A DNA stretch of 64,000 nt from Tubulanus polymorphus (GCF_964204645.1 NC_134028.1:2480001-2544000); one strand, 5' to 3'; positions 49,982-63,518 are shown, counted from the stretch's first letter. Translations and numbers: made by a program. The notes: generated from the sequence alone by a model not told the origin.

Positions 49982-52900
49982 CTAAAATCGAGTACTGGTT
50001 TCTTTGAGTTTTATGGGTTTGATCGGCTGTAGAGATGAATCTGATGATATGATTTTAGTTTTCACGCGATAAAACGTCAGTTTGAAACAGGTCATGAAGA
50101 AAGCAAGGGGTATTGCGCAGGCCAGCATCATGAGCACGCCGGAAAAATGGCTATAAGTTATCTGGGTTGGAGTTTTCGGTTTTCTGATGCCACAAGTATT
50201 TTTTGCATTCAGCCAACTGTAAAATGTGGAAACAAAGGGAGACGTTATTTCGTTGTATATAAAGGTTATGTCTTTCGTTCCGTATTTGAACATAACATCC
50301 TTTATCGTTTCCCTGATGATGAAATTTAGGCAAAATTCCGAAAACGAATTGTAGAAATGTGTTTGTCCAACCTACTAGTTCAAGGTGGCGCTGAATGCAT
50401 CCATGTTCATCAGGTCATTCATCGATCTGGTAAACCATTTTGTAATGTGGGAATATCGTCTATTCATACCAAACACTTGTTCCTGATGGACTATAATCTC
50501 TTGCCCGATTTTGTATTTGCAAAGTTTCCGTCTTGCTGTAAAAGACGATATAAATATGAATAAATTCCAGCTCAATTAGCAGGGCGTTAATGTCATATTA
50601 TCATGTGAAACGCAAAATCACGTATTGGTCTATTAATCGCTACACACCTTGTTCCCATTCAAGGCCCAGAGAGGGTCCTATCAACGCAAAATTATCGTTC
50701 GCCATCATATAGTCGATACCTTCACTTAAATTCTGGAACGTTAAGTTATTGTTGAAGATGAATTTCGCCATTTTCTGATATTCAGGGTCATTCGAATTCA
50801 TGAAGAAGAGTTCGGAATGAGTTTGTGAGACCACTCCGTAAGAGAAATGCATTTGATTCGCAAATTCGCGCAGATGTTTGATTTCGTGGCTGTAGTAAGC
50901 TGTGAGAAAACTTGCCATATTCCCCGTGTAACAACCGGTGACGATCAGCGCAAAGAACATGAGAAAGATGGTAAAGCAGCGCACTACTGCACTGGCAGGT
51001 TCGTACGGGCCACCAATTTGCAAACCTAAAACGATATCGAAATGATATATGAACGATGATAGATATACAATATCTTAGGTGGAAGACCCACTGCAAAAAT
51101 GTTGGTATCATATTTGATTTGGATATTCTCGGAGCCATCCCTTTCTCGTTCCATCGGCTTAAATGACGTCATTCCACCGTCGCAATCTGCCGATTCTTGA
51201 TTCGAATCTTAGACCTTCCATTGGACTATGTACGACTATGGAAGATATGCGTGTAATTTCTATTGATTGGGTAGAATCGGCATCTGTGTCGTTTGAATTG
51301 GTCCAGTATTTGCGGGGCCTTATGGCGTTTGAGAATTTTTAGACAATAGTAATCAATAAATCAAGAGAATAACAATAGGGTTATTTTCTGCCGAACGGAT
51401 AGAAAAGTCCGAATAATGCAAAAAATCGGAATAGTTACCTGTACCATACGCATACCACATACATTCTTTCATCGTGAAACTGCGTTCGTCATCTTTCGGT
51501 TTTTCTAACGGATTCCAGAAGTAAAGAAGTCGAATCCACGAGGCAGCTGCTATGATCGATACAGTGATCAGTACCCAGGCGTCCCAGGTGAACGGGCGCA
51601 AGAAACTATCGAAATAATCCAGGTTAGCTATTGGCGGTTTATAGATGTACGTAATCCCGTCGAAAGTGACCGGAGGACTGAAGTCTATCACTTGTAAGCG
51701 GTCGACATTTCTAAAGAATCCTCCAACAACCATCTTAATTCAAAAAAATTCAGATGAATGATATCACAATGATAAGCGTTTTGTATGATATCTTGACCAA
51801 AGCCGAATTTCTCTAAATTAGATTTTTGTATTCTCATGTAGCTTTCACTGATATCAGAGTAGAATAAATACGTTTTTTTCATATTTCCAAAGCATACTTC
51901 TCTTCAAATGAACCTACCAAATACCTCGAACTATTACTCAATAGTTTCATAGCACCAGTCCAGCTACCGTTCTCCAATTTTCGGCCATAACTTATCCCGT
52001 CGATGTGTGTAATTTTGTAGTTAAAGTCGATCTTATAAACAGCTTTCATTCGAGCAGCAACCATATCGAAGATATCCTTGTTCAATCCGCGATATCGATT
52101 GTTTCCTTCCAGTTTTTTTCCCGGGTCATTTCGTAGGAAAATATATGGTTTATCCTAAAATGATTTTGAAATAAAATGATAATGATTCGAAAGAATGATT
52201 GAAAAATAGTGCAAATTTTGTATATGTATAGTATTTTTCGCGTGACACTGAGTTTGATATGCAAAAATGATGATAAGAATTAGATAACGTAGAGTTAATA
52301 CCAGTACAGCCAGGACGTTATAGTGATATGATACGATAGGTGCCTTGCATTCTTCATAAACAGTTCCATCTATTCTACCTAGAAAACCACCGCTTGAATA
52401 CCAATAACCTCTCTACAATATCAGTAAAATGAGAATTTCTGTGATTCTAAGACCTGTGGCACGATAAGATAACTGAATTTTCTTCTTTTTTTTTAAATTT
52501 CTTTGTACCGTTTCAGCCGCGCCTTTATCGATATACCACTCTAACGCCAGACTGGCGTTAATACGAACTCCGAAATGATCAAAACGTATGTCGAGTGCAA
52601 GTTGACATTTCTGCAGAATGTGTATATTTTTCCATGTCCCCTATTTGAATAAGATATCGGATACCAACGAGGAAGTAATTACGAAAAGATGTAAGAATTA
52701 AAATTCGGGTTGCTTAATTTATGACGGTCTCTATTAAGAAACGTAGAATATCATGGAAACCGTCGACTTTTCTCATTCTTAAAGCAGTTGGTAGTTACCC
52801 ACTTAGCAGTATTAAAGATCGACATTGCTGTTGTTTCTGAGCTATTCAGTTTTTCTAGCACTGCGTGCAGCAATATTCCGAATTCGTACAAATACGTCTG

Positions 52901-55086
52901 CATTCCTGGTAGCTTTATATGATAGGGCAAGTTTATTTGAGTCGACGTGAAATACGCAAACCTGGACGCAAGAACCACTTCTCCTATGTCCACACTAGAG
53001 CCTACCTATCATTTCAAAAGATATACAAAGCAGGACGTTATATTCCGCATTTTATATCATTCATTTAGAAATAAATAATTTTTTTCTGTTCTTTGTCGAT
53101 AGTTTTTAAGAAAATCGTGTCCATGAATATGATACATGTATAATTTGTAAAGAACATTCTTCATAATTGAATATTACATTTATATCAATGTTAATGATAG
53201 ATCATGTATCATTCACTTGCATTTAGTTACCGTACATTTTTTTTTCTTTTAATCCATATCTTTACTTACCAATGTTCCACAGAGCCACGTTCTTTTGAGT
53301 CCATCTTCGTCGGCGCTTTTTGATATCTGTAAAAATGTGGTTTACCCATTTTTATCTAAACTTTGCGTAAAGTATCGGGTAAAATCTAAATCTTTATCTC
53401 CTATAGAATGGAGGCAATGATATCGTATGGTATCATGCATGCATTTGATTCAATGATAAACTTGCTTTCTTAATGTTGTCCCATCTGTGTGCCTCGGGCA
53501 GCCAAAATATAATAGTGTCGATGAACAACCGACGAATACTCAAAACCACTTCTTCGACGTAGTTTTTGAAGATCCCTGGAGTAAATTTATCGGTGCCATA
53601 ATCTTCTTGGAGAGATGTCAGTTTTCCCGATATTCGGTATCGTCGTATGTATTCAACCCCAAAAGATTTCGTTAACAATAACGTGGCAACGAAACCTGCC
53701 TCTAAAAACAATCGAATACTAGATATAAGTATTTTTATCAAAATACATTTCAATATTGCTTATTTCTGAGAGAGAGAGAAAAGATTAGTAGAACCTTCGA
53801 GATAAACAGTGTCGTAAAGCAACAATATTCTTTTCGAAGACGAATTCCTAGCGTATTCTGCAACAGCCCGTGCGACAACCCGCATGTACGTAGGCTGAAG
53901 AACTATCAACGGAGCTGGACCGCCACCATGCTCCTCCATCTTCAACATTTTTCGCTCGGCTTTTATATTCTCCATCGGTGTCAGAATGTAGTACGGCAGT
54001 TTGTTAACTGTAGCCAAGGACACTAGTGCCGGAACGTACGCGCCAACCAGAAAATCAAGTTTACTATAACTTGTATTCTGATAAAGCCAATCGTGCACTG
54101 AAAACAAAAACGATGAAGGCATTGTGATAACTGATGAAAAGATAACGATGAGCACGCGATGCGAAAATCTGGCTTTTCGTCTTTCATTTTTAATCAACTC
54201 TTATGCAAACAAAAGGAATATTCTCAAGAAACAAAATATTATTTTGAGGTATCAACTGTGAAGATTATTCATCGTTATTACTAATTTGTTTTCATACGAA
54301 TGAGTTTTCGTTATCACGCACCTTCTTGTGTCAGAAAATCCTGGCGTATTTCATCAATGGTAATATCATGAATATGGAATTTGAAACAGCGACCTGAGAC
54401 ATTGCAAGTCCAGGACGTTCCCGGTTCACAGAAAAACAGTAACAGGTGTTGACGAGCGATCTCGGCAAGTGACGGTTCACCGGGATGTACATGACTACTA
54501 TGCTGCACCACGGTGACTCCTGCGTTTCAGAAACGAGCTCGGTTACAAGATATGCATCACAAATAAAACCTAATTATTCATAGTATACGTAGAAAGATAC
54601 ATATATACTCAAAGCGTTTCTTCCATCAAACTCACAATTGAAAGGCTGAGTGATTTTGAGAATATGGCAAAGAAATAAAGCAAAATGTAATGATTATTAT
54701 TTCCTTTGCAATATTTATCGAATAAATCATATTCTGGCGATTTTCTGAAAATCACCATATTAGGAATTGACTATAACAGCTATTGTCCTTTAATTTTACG
54801 ATTGGCCTGAAATCGAAATATTGTAATAATCATTTGCAACTTTATACATGCAAGTTGATAGTCTGCATATATATGACACTTCGTGATGCTAATAAATGGA
54901 CATGTATCTCACGAAAAATTAAATAATATGCTATACTGATCAAATCATCTTTCACTCACCGATATTGAATTCAATGAACGTTTCATTAGTCTTTAAACAA
55001 GCGTGATCTTCAGCTTGGCTGATACGAGGATAAATGGTGATGAAACTTAGCAGAAATAACAGCGTACCTCCTCGCAAACGATGCAT
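49982..55086 (-). CDS. Divergent ionotropic glutamate receptor / IR-like subunit with N-terminal domain, about 13-14 exons
   Basis: Signal MHRLRGGTLLFLLSFITIYPRISQA. S1 LEGNNRYRGLNKDIF, DGISYG..NGSWTGAM, RLQVIDFSPP. M1 FLRPFTWDAW. Pore MWYAYGT. M3 CYTGNMASFLT. S2 YGVV...LNYWLNAKNTCG. M4 SHFSGVLMML. Confidence 0.88.
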
Positions 55087-55535
55087 TTTGGAATGAGATC
55101 AAATTCAGCACCAAACAATGATTTCAATGTAAATTCAAAAGCAGTGTAAATATTCATTCGTTCGTAACGCCTGCGACATGTGTGTTATTTGGAGAATTTG
55201 ATATGAAAATTTCAACCGCAATGAAAGAAGTGTCAAAGTCACTTTGTTTTCATATCAATCCATCAGTATCAAGAGAATTACCCAAACCGTGTATATGCCT
55301 ACAAACTACATCTTACTCAGTTCATTGTTTTGCTATTTCAGCCACTTGTTCGATCAAAATTAAGAATTCTGTTCTCTGAAATGATTAATTCTCCAACATA
55401 ACTGCGGTCTTCTTTTTTTCGGTATTTCACGCTGTCAGTTCAGCAATTTCGTGTTGCTACGAAACGGTGACAGCAATACGGTAGAATTCAAAATAATTTT
55501 AACGAATCGCATTTAGCTGAAACTGGAATGATAAA

Positions 55536-56471
55536 ATGGACGATGAATTTTACTTTCGCAGTGAAGAGTCCCAATCCAAGCAAGAATATCTAAGAAGAAT
55601 AAAGCGACGTAGGAAAAGGAAGTCAAATCATAATGGTGGCAGGTATGACCTAAGTGATTCACCATCCAAGTCATCTTTATATTCTTCTAGCCCATTTCCA
55701 AATCGACCCGTGGTTGTTCGCCATGATAAAAAGAAGATGAAAATTGCTAAACATATGATAGAAGAGAAAATGAAATTAAGAACTCCGATTTTGCCACCAC
55801 TTAACCTGTCGCACAGTTATGTGAGTCTTGATAACAACTTGCCATTCGAGCACACTGAAGCCCTTGAACTCGCACGGCCTTCGCAGGCTGAAGCGGATGC
55901 GACAAGAAAAGAGATATTACGACATTCACCACTCGGTCGAATTTTACGTTGTGCGGAATCAACGCAGTTCTCTACAGTAGAGCAGCAAACTACTGAGAAA
56001 ATTTCCGAATTTGATGAAGAATCTTTGATCTGCGATTGGGAACACATGAAGGAAGATAGGCCTGAATTGCGTGCCTCAAAGGTCAAGTCCTGTACAGAAC
56101 CGCTACCGAACATGTTTGACGACAACTACGACACCTCAAAGTCATACCAAGTCATTGAAAAGAATAACGCCGTTCGAAGGGCTGTCGCACAAGCGCAGAT
56201 AAATGCGACTGAATGCAACGGGCTTGAATTCCTATCTATGGGTCCCTCGAGCAAGCGCACCACGCCACGTCACGAAACTCACAAAAAATATACAATGAAC
56301 CGGTTGAGAAAAGAATGGGATTTAAAAACGGCGTCCAAATCCGCACGGCAGTCTCCTGAGATGGAATTATATGAACCGTTTCAATGGTCACCTTCGAAAA
56401 GGAAACGATGTAAGCCACCGCTGCTACGGTCACCAGATAATGATGTTTCTATGTCGGACTCGGAATTGTAA
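55536..56471 (+). CDS. Uncharacterised 311-aa intronless, basic/Ser-rich protein
   Basis: Open frame with a good start context (AAAATGG), NLS-like RRIKRRRKRK and AATAAA at ~56531. No domain recognised. Confidence 0.6.
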   Translation: MDDEFYFRSEESQSKQEYLRRIKRRRKRKSNHNGGRYDLSDSPSKSSLYSSSPFPNRPVVVRHDKKKMKIAKHMIEEKMKLRTPILPPLNLSHSYVSLDNNLPFEHTEALELARPSQAEADATRKEILRHSPLGRILRCAESTQFSTVEQQTTEKISEFDEESLICDWEHMKEDRPELRASKVKSCTEPLPNMFDDNYDTSKSYQVIEKNNAVRRAVAQAQINATECNGLEFLSMGPSSKRTTPRHETHKKYTMNRLRKEWDLKTASKSARQSPEMELYEPFQWSPSKRKRCKPPLLRSPDNDVSMSDSEL

Positions 56472-56897
56472 CGCGTGGTTTCGGAGTTTAGGCCTTTCGT
56501 TGAAGTTATGAATGAATTATGAATTTATCCAATAAAGCTATGATCTACGAGAATATAATTCCGTTAATGTTTCCATCAAATCTCCACATTTTCCAATCAA
56601 CAGTGACTGTGTGCTTGAATCGATTAAAGGAAAAGTTGGGATATAAGTTGGTCGGACAAGACGGAGAATGCATTGCCCAGAGTTGCTAGTAGCGGGTACA
56701 GGTTAGGCGTAGATTAGTGCAAATTGAAATGAATTGGACGAGATTCTTTAAGTTTAGTTGCTTAGGTATTGGTAATTCAATAGAATGAAGACGTGGTTTT
56801 TTTGTTGGTATTTATTGAAACATCTTTTTTTCGAGCATAATATTGTCGAGTGCTTGCTGCTCTAACAAGTTTTATCATCTGTAAAACTATCTTTTCT

Positions 56898-59800
56898 CTA
56901 TGTCAGTTGTTCATTAAACCGTTCACCATCCCTTATTTCTTGACGCGGGTTTGAAGTATCGATGTCTTCACTGGTATTCAACGTATTGTCGACACATTCT
57001 GGGTGAAAAACGCCTGCGTTAATTTCGTAGCATTCTCGCTTAGATCGCCGAACCTCCCTAAAATCGGATTGTTTTACTATTGTGAGGACAAATAGTTGGT
57101 TATCTATCAAGAAATAAATATTCGTCAAGATTCAAAGCTTAATTCAAACATTATAAAATTTGAAATAGTTTGTTAATTACGTAAAAATGTAACTATTTAC
57201 TTTCTACGATAATGAATATGGACAGCGACAGCTGAGAGTATAACCGTCACTAGCGCCGCGATACCAGCATACAGCACAATTTCTACAATCGTATCGGAAA
57301 GATAAGAGATTGAAAGTGCAATAGAAAAGAAATTCCACTTGCACAATGCCGGGAAGTTTTCTGAATAGTTTTCAATATAATTATGCGCAAAGCTTACCTG
57401 CTGGTTCTTTCGATCTAGAAGTATGATGTTCCTGGCCAACTTGTTTAGCCACTTCGTGAAATGCTAAAAACAAAATTGAGAACTCAGAAACTTTTTAAGT
57501 TATACGGAAATCCGTAGTGCGTTAATTCGCGGAAGCCTCGACGATCTCCATGTACCCATCCATTTACATACACGAGTGGCTCACCTAGGCATAGAGGAGG
57601 TTCACCTTCCCATGTACCATCTTCCAAACAGAGTCGCTGCCGAAGACCACTGAGCTCGTATCCAGTATCGCATGAGTACACTGCCTTATCACCGAACCTT
57701 TTACCCGAATATAACACTTGACTATAAGCGTTTACATCTGCAGTGGGACACTTGAACTCTACCAGAATAACAAGGAAACTTACTTGAAAGTTTGACAACC
57801 AGTCTAGCCCCGATATATTGATGACGTAATGCACATCCTCTCAAAAATAATCTTTGAAATTCACAAGAAATAACCTTTAACCCTTTAGATAACGCATACT
57901 AGGTATCAATGTATAAAACATTAAATTAACCACGTAAATAACTATGTAACTAACCAAGTAAGCGTAGATGTTTACGACGAAAGAGCTACTTACGTTCACA
58001 AGTTGGTGCCTTCTGAGACCAGGTTCCGGTGAAAGAACACTGCACCGCACGCGATCCATTCAGCCTGAAACCAGGCAAACACTCGTATGTTGCTAGATTT
58101 CCAAAACTGGTCCCATCTACGGAAACAACACCATTTTCCGGGTCTAACAATACCGAACAGGACACGGCTGAAATAGCCCAATACAACCGATCGAATAAAG
58201 TAAATATGTCTCATATCCTTTTCAAATTTGAAAATACGAGGGCTAAATGGGCTCCAAAAACAGTTTGGGAATTTGGGTTTATTATTGACTATTTCTTCTT
58301 ACGAATGCATTTTGGTTTTTCATCGCTCCATGTTGAATTTTCCAGGCAAATGCTATCGGCTTTTCCAACCAATCTGTGCCCTTTGATACATTCATAATAC
58401 ACTTTCGAACCGACACTGAAATTTCTTCCAATCAATGAACCATCAATCGGATCTCCAGGATTTTCACAAGAACGCGAAATGAATGACTCTGTGAAATAGA
58501 AATGACTTTCTAACTAATGTACTCAGAACATGAACGTGGGTGTTTTGATTGCTGGCACTTCGTCAAACGTATTTTTGTCAATACAGATTATATAAAACAT
58601 CGGATAAAGTAGGACAAATTACCATTTATACATTTTGGTGCTAATCCACTCCAGGTACCGTTACCAAGACACGTCCTAAGTGAATCTCCACCAGACAGGA
58701 TTCCTGTCTTACAGAAATATTGGATTTCATCGCCAACGTTGAACTTGCCCTCTGTTTTATTTGAGATGTCGGCATCGGCTGGTCTTTCTGGCTGGCCGCA
58801 GGTAATTTCTATGGAAGTTTATAACACGTAATTCATTACGATATTTCATTGCTTTGCTAAAAAGAAACAATCGTTTTTTTTTGTACGTACCAACACAATC
58901 TACCGACAAACCTATCCAGAATTGTGCCTCATCGCAGGTCAGATAGTGCTCAATTTCTCTGTTTGGAAATTGGAACCCTTTTTGGCATTCATACTTCAGC
59001 ACATAACCAGAATAGTAGAACGATGCATTGTTTATGATTTCTGATTTTTGTCCAATCTTGATATCATTCTCCGTACAACCGACGACTGAAATTACAGTTT
59101 ATATCGGCCACGGTCTGCGTAATAGGAGGTAAACCCTGTTATGATTCATAAACATATTGCAGAAATGGATGCGCAAACGATGACTCGATTTACCTTTAAA
59201 CGATAGCCAAAATCCTTTGTGTTTTTTGTAATTGTTTGTATTTCTTGCGGAGTAGAATTTGACATGCGTTTCGAAATCTTTGCTATAGTACGTAATACGT
59301 TTAGGTGGTTTAGCGTAAGTTAAAACAAGTTTGTTTCCCTCTTCGTCGAGAACGCCCTGAATTTCTAAATAATCTTGTTTGAATATTGGCGAAAGATCAA
59401 AATATTCGATGGTATATTTCACTGACTGCCCTTTTTTCGCATTTACATGCCAATAACATGAGTTTTTTTCTTTCGCTGAATAGTCGTTCGGAAAACCAGG
59501 CGATATAATATCTCCAGTATTCCACTGCAAAGGGTATGCTCCACCGCATATTAAATACTCTGAAATCATAGATATGATTATTTATTCGATATCTCGATCA
59601 GATTTAGCTTTACGCGACAAGGTGCTAAACCTTATACAAAAGCTATTTGTCATAATGATCCTGAATTAAGTAAAAACAAGGATGAAATATTGATGAAATC
59701 ACATTCCAGGACCAGTTCCACATTTGTCCGTAAATAGTTTAAATAAGTTCATTTCTGATAAAATGTTCAATATTTCATTGTGGTAACCCAGGTTTATTTG

Positions 59801-60406
59801 TGTTCTTATCTTGAAAATACGAAACCTTACTCGATATTTCCATACGGTAACCCCTACGGTTTTCATCCGGCCACATTCTGCGACTTAGCTCGATCGTAAT
59901 ACGATTTGTATCGAGGAAGAATACGTCCGCGAATTTGTATTTCCTTTCGGCTGTATAATATCTGATTGTTGCATCCATGAGAAACGTTGATGCATCATCA
60001 TCTACGATTCTGAGTTTATCGTATTTTCTGAGTTCAACGTCGGTCACGTTGACTTTGATCCCGTATTCATTTTCAGTTTTCAATTGGCGAATGTACGGCT
60101 CGCTATCCAACGGATATGGATTTGGATAGTTTGGCGTTTGAAGCAGTCTGAACTCTGATGTTTAAAAAAAAGACAATATAAAACCGAAGCAAAATCAATA
60201 AATTGACGCCACTTAAAACCACGATTAGGTCATGATCTAAATCATATTTTGATCGTTCTTTGTTCATGCAATTTAACATCTAATTACATCTTATACTGTA
60301 CATCTGAAAAAGAGAAAATGAAATAGATTTATTTACCACAATTAACTACAGATAATTTACACCAGTTCCAAACCACCAGTATGAAATATAAGGTATACGA
60401 TTCCAT
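56898..60406 (-). CDS. Type I membrane protein: CUB-CUB-CCPx5-TM-short tail (SEZ6/CSMD/complement-receptor-like); 5' exons uncertain
   Basis: Degenerate CUB (QTPNYPNPYP..RGY) and CUB (CGG..GDIISPGFPNDY..CYW..KGF). Five CCP exons (e.g. YECLPGFRLNGSRAVQCSFTGTWSQKAPTC). TM IVLYAGIAALVTVILSAVAV, then HYRR. Confidence 0.8.
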
Positions 60407-61103
60407 GATAACTCGACTTATGTTTCCAAAGAACAACAAAAATAACCACCCGGAAATAGAAACTTTCTTGCGATTAAAGGTACTTAATACGTTCTAATGC
60501 TTTTAGATATGTTATTATTACAAATCATATCTACATTGTTCTCGTTAAAAATAATGTAGACTATCTTATCGTGGAAATATTGGTAGGCCCTACGTTTATT
60601 TGTAGACCTATGTTCCTGTTAACTGGTGCAACCAAATACAAAGTCTAAATGATTTCTATCACAAAATGGAAACAGGCAAGATGTCATTATCAAAGATTTC
60701 AAGTGACCCAACTCTACTATTCTCACCAAAGTAACTGTTTTGAAAATACTCTACTTGACTATAGCTGTAACTTGACATTCACAGTAGAAAATTTTCAAGA
60801 ATAAAAGATCTTTCGTCGTCGAGTCCATGATTCATTATCTCTCCAACTTCAATTCTGAGAACGTCATCTCGTTGGGATTAACATCATTTTGTCTTATAAA
60901 CCTCAGGCTTTAATCAAAATCGTCAGATATTGAAGCGGATTAAAACGCATTTTTCGGATGAAATCTCTCGAGGTCTATATATCTTAATCTTTATTTCATA
61001 GACCCACAGGCATGGATTTTTGTTTTTTATTTCAACATATACGACTCTATATCGTTGAAATCATTCGACCATCATTCATTGTCGGGATGTGCGTTGTTTC
61101 GTC

Positions 61104-62017
61104 ATGGATGTTTATTTCATTCTAGTTGTATCGGTGCCGATTGTTTGGACAAAAATCGCAGGTAATTACGTCATTCATTCCTAGAATAGGGCCGATATTA
61201 TCTACATGTACATTTTGTATGGTGTATTTTCTATTACCAATAGAATATGCTTTTCGTATAGGGAATAACTAATATTTGGTCACACTCATTTGTATCGGGA
61301 ATTTTTCGAAAACAAAACTTTTCTGGAAAAGCAATGTATTTTCACTATACAGATCCTGCCAATTCCAAGTGTAAGAATATACGAACAGATTGTCCAGACT
61401 TTGATGAAGGACATTGTTACACCAATCCTCTAAAGGTGCACTGCAAGTGCCCGAAAAAGTGTCCAAATTCCTTTTTCTGTGAGTATTCTGCGAGGCAATT
61501 AGATTTTGAGGCATCAAGTTTTTCAAACAATTGGGCCTATTGAATGCTGGGAAGAAATAAATAACACAAACAATGTAATGCTTCTCGTATAAGTGACTTT
61601 CTATTTAAGGTCATAAAAAAGGAATGACTGATAATGCTTGTGGATGTGCAAATTCTATAAAGCAAGATAGAAGTTATTGCCAAAAGCAGAAACATCGCGA
61701 AAAATGTAGTAAAACATGTAACGTATTTAAAAGTACGTAAAAGACGATATTCAGTGGATTGTTAAAGCCATGCTTGAATACACCATAGGTTTCATCGTTC
61801 AAAATTTCGTTTTCAGATATCCGTTGCCCGGAGTCGTTGCCAAGGTTTACGCAGGAATACAAGAGAAGAATCGATGGCTACAAGTACCTTGCTAAAGTAG
61901 CACTGAAATGCAAGCCTGGATTCAGGCAGGTAGGCGAACATCTACCAGCTTTGTACTGTAGCGAAATGGGTAAATGGTTCGTGAACAGGATGAAGGACAC
62001 AGCCCGATGTGTACGGG
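61104..62017 (+). CDS. Secreted ShKT-like + Cys domain + CCP protein (paralog B). Exons 61104-61161, 61353-61478, 61610-61732, 61817-62017; 3' end unresolved
   Basis: Signal MDVYFILVVSVPIVWTKIA. Domains CKNIRTDC..HCYTNPLKVHCKCPKKCPNSFFC, TDNACGC..YC..EKCSKTCN and CCP CPESLP..CKPGF..C...GKW..CV. It has the same exon layout and phase-1 introns as paralog A. Confidence 0.75.
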
Positions 62018-62519
62018 GTAGGTACAGTATAATGATTTCAATCATGATCGGTATCTCTTTCCTGGCGAATCAAAACGTGAGTATTACCAATCAACTGCAC
62101 TAATTTGTGTAAGTACTTTAAAGAGAGAAAATGGCTCGTTACGATGGAAATGTCAATGCGGTAACTTCCTTTTTGTCTTGTGTAAATGTATTGGCACCCC
62201 GCGACGCCAAAATTTGAAATGACTGGATCGGCACTTCGTGCGGGTCATCCTCGCCCGCCGCGGGCAGTCCAGCGACGGCTGCGAGATTGGTGTGTGCTTT
62301 TTGTAAGCCTATGAAATATAACGCGATTCAAAGAAAATAGAAAACAGACATGTCCTGCTAATTTCCCATTCTCAATTTCTTGTTGATCGGTGTTTAGCTA
62401 TGATAAAGACGTTCGTAGCACGGCCGTGTTGGGCTAAAGCGAGTCATTCATATCGGTTTTCATTGATAATTAGCTCACATCTTCCCGAAGGGATTGGATA
62501 TAACCTGCAGTATTTGGGA

Positions 62520-62900
62520 AACCCGGAAGTAAATCTTTGATGTAAACAATGCAAAAGGTTGAAAGCCTGTTTTGGTCGATGGCTAGTGACGTCATCAAGA
62601 TCGCCTTTTTGTTACTCCCACAGCTAAACAACTCACTTTTAACGGTTAACCGCTGAATTTGAATTTTCTGTCAAGTGTATTCTTGCTGGCTGTTGATTAA
62701 AAGATTGTGAATCATGTTTTCCGAACGTGTTAAGCTTGTCTCCGGACCAGTTGGTGGGAATATTGGTTTGAAAAAAGAGGTAGATTGCAAGATTATAAAA
62801 AACTCACTGGGTAACACTGGTGAACGCCGCGAGGATCGTACACGGTGGTGCAGGCGAGGCGTCGCGACCGCGCGGCGGCAGGGCTTTTTAATTTTGGCTT
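62520..62900 (+). promoter_or_regulatory. CpG-rich promoter / 5' region of an unidentified downstream gene
   Basis: ETS site CCGGAAGT (~62523), CRE TGACGTCA (~62587) and CpG-rich sequence at 62820-62880. No coding exon identified. Confidence 0.4.
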
Positions 62901-63518
62901 TTGCCAGTTTTGGAGTCTTGTTATTGCCACCACGGCCACGTTACCACCACACTCACATTGTCGCTAGGCCTACTGTACTGCCACTACTTTACTTGCTTGC
63001 TACTTACTCGGCTAAATTAATTTGTCTTCATCCACGCTTACTTCCCCCCTCCCCCCCCCCATGTTAACAAGTAATTTCTGCCAACCGAACCACCAGTCGC
63101 AGTAGCCGTAGGCAGTATACTATAGTGCAGTAGTGGGTACCCAGTGGCATGCCATTGCCATGCCACTGGGTATAGGCCTATGTTGCCCGTACACAGTCAC
63201 CACCTACTAATATTAGGCCTTAAATATTCCAACAACCATTCCAAATCCAGCAACAAAAAATAAACAATAAATTTTAAGGCCTCGAAACAGAAGAATGGTA
63301 GTTCCCTGTATTCAGAGTCAATGAAAATGTATTTCTTGTTGCAGATAGATAGCCTAACCAATTTCAGGATAAGTACTTTTCATTCCTTTATTTATATACG
63401 TAGCCTAACTGTTTAATCCTGGCCCTGGCCACTGAGGGTGTATGCATTAGGTCTGGTCCCAGTTTCACTGAGCTAGTTAGCCAACAATTAAGCTGAGAAA
63501 TTTTGTTAAGTGGCAATT

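Noticed and set aside
50313-50350. Hammerhead-like CTGATGA-T-GAAATTT..AAATTCC-GAAA in an iGluR intron
   Set aside because: Stem II has a mismatch and there is no clear stem III, NUH site or stem I. It may be chance or a very decayed copy.
62714-63067. 117-aa ORF near the right end
   Set aside because: It runs through CpG-rich promoter or intron-like low-complexity sequence with no recognisable domain.
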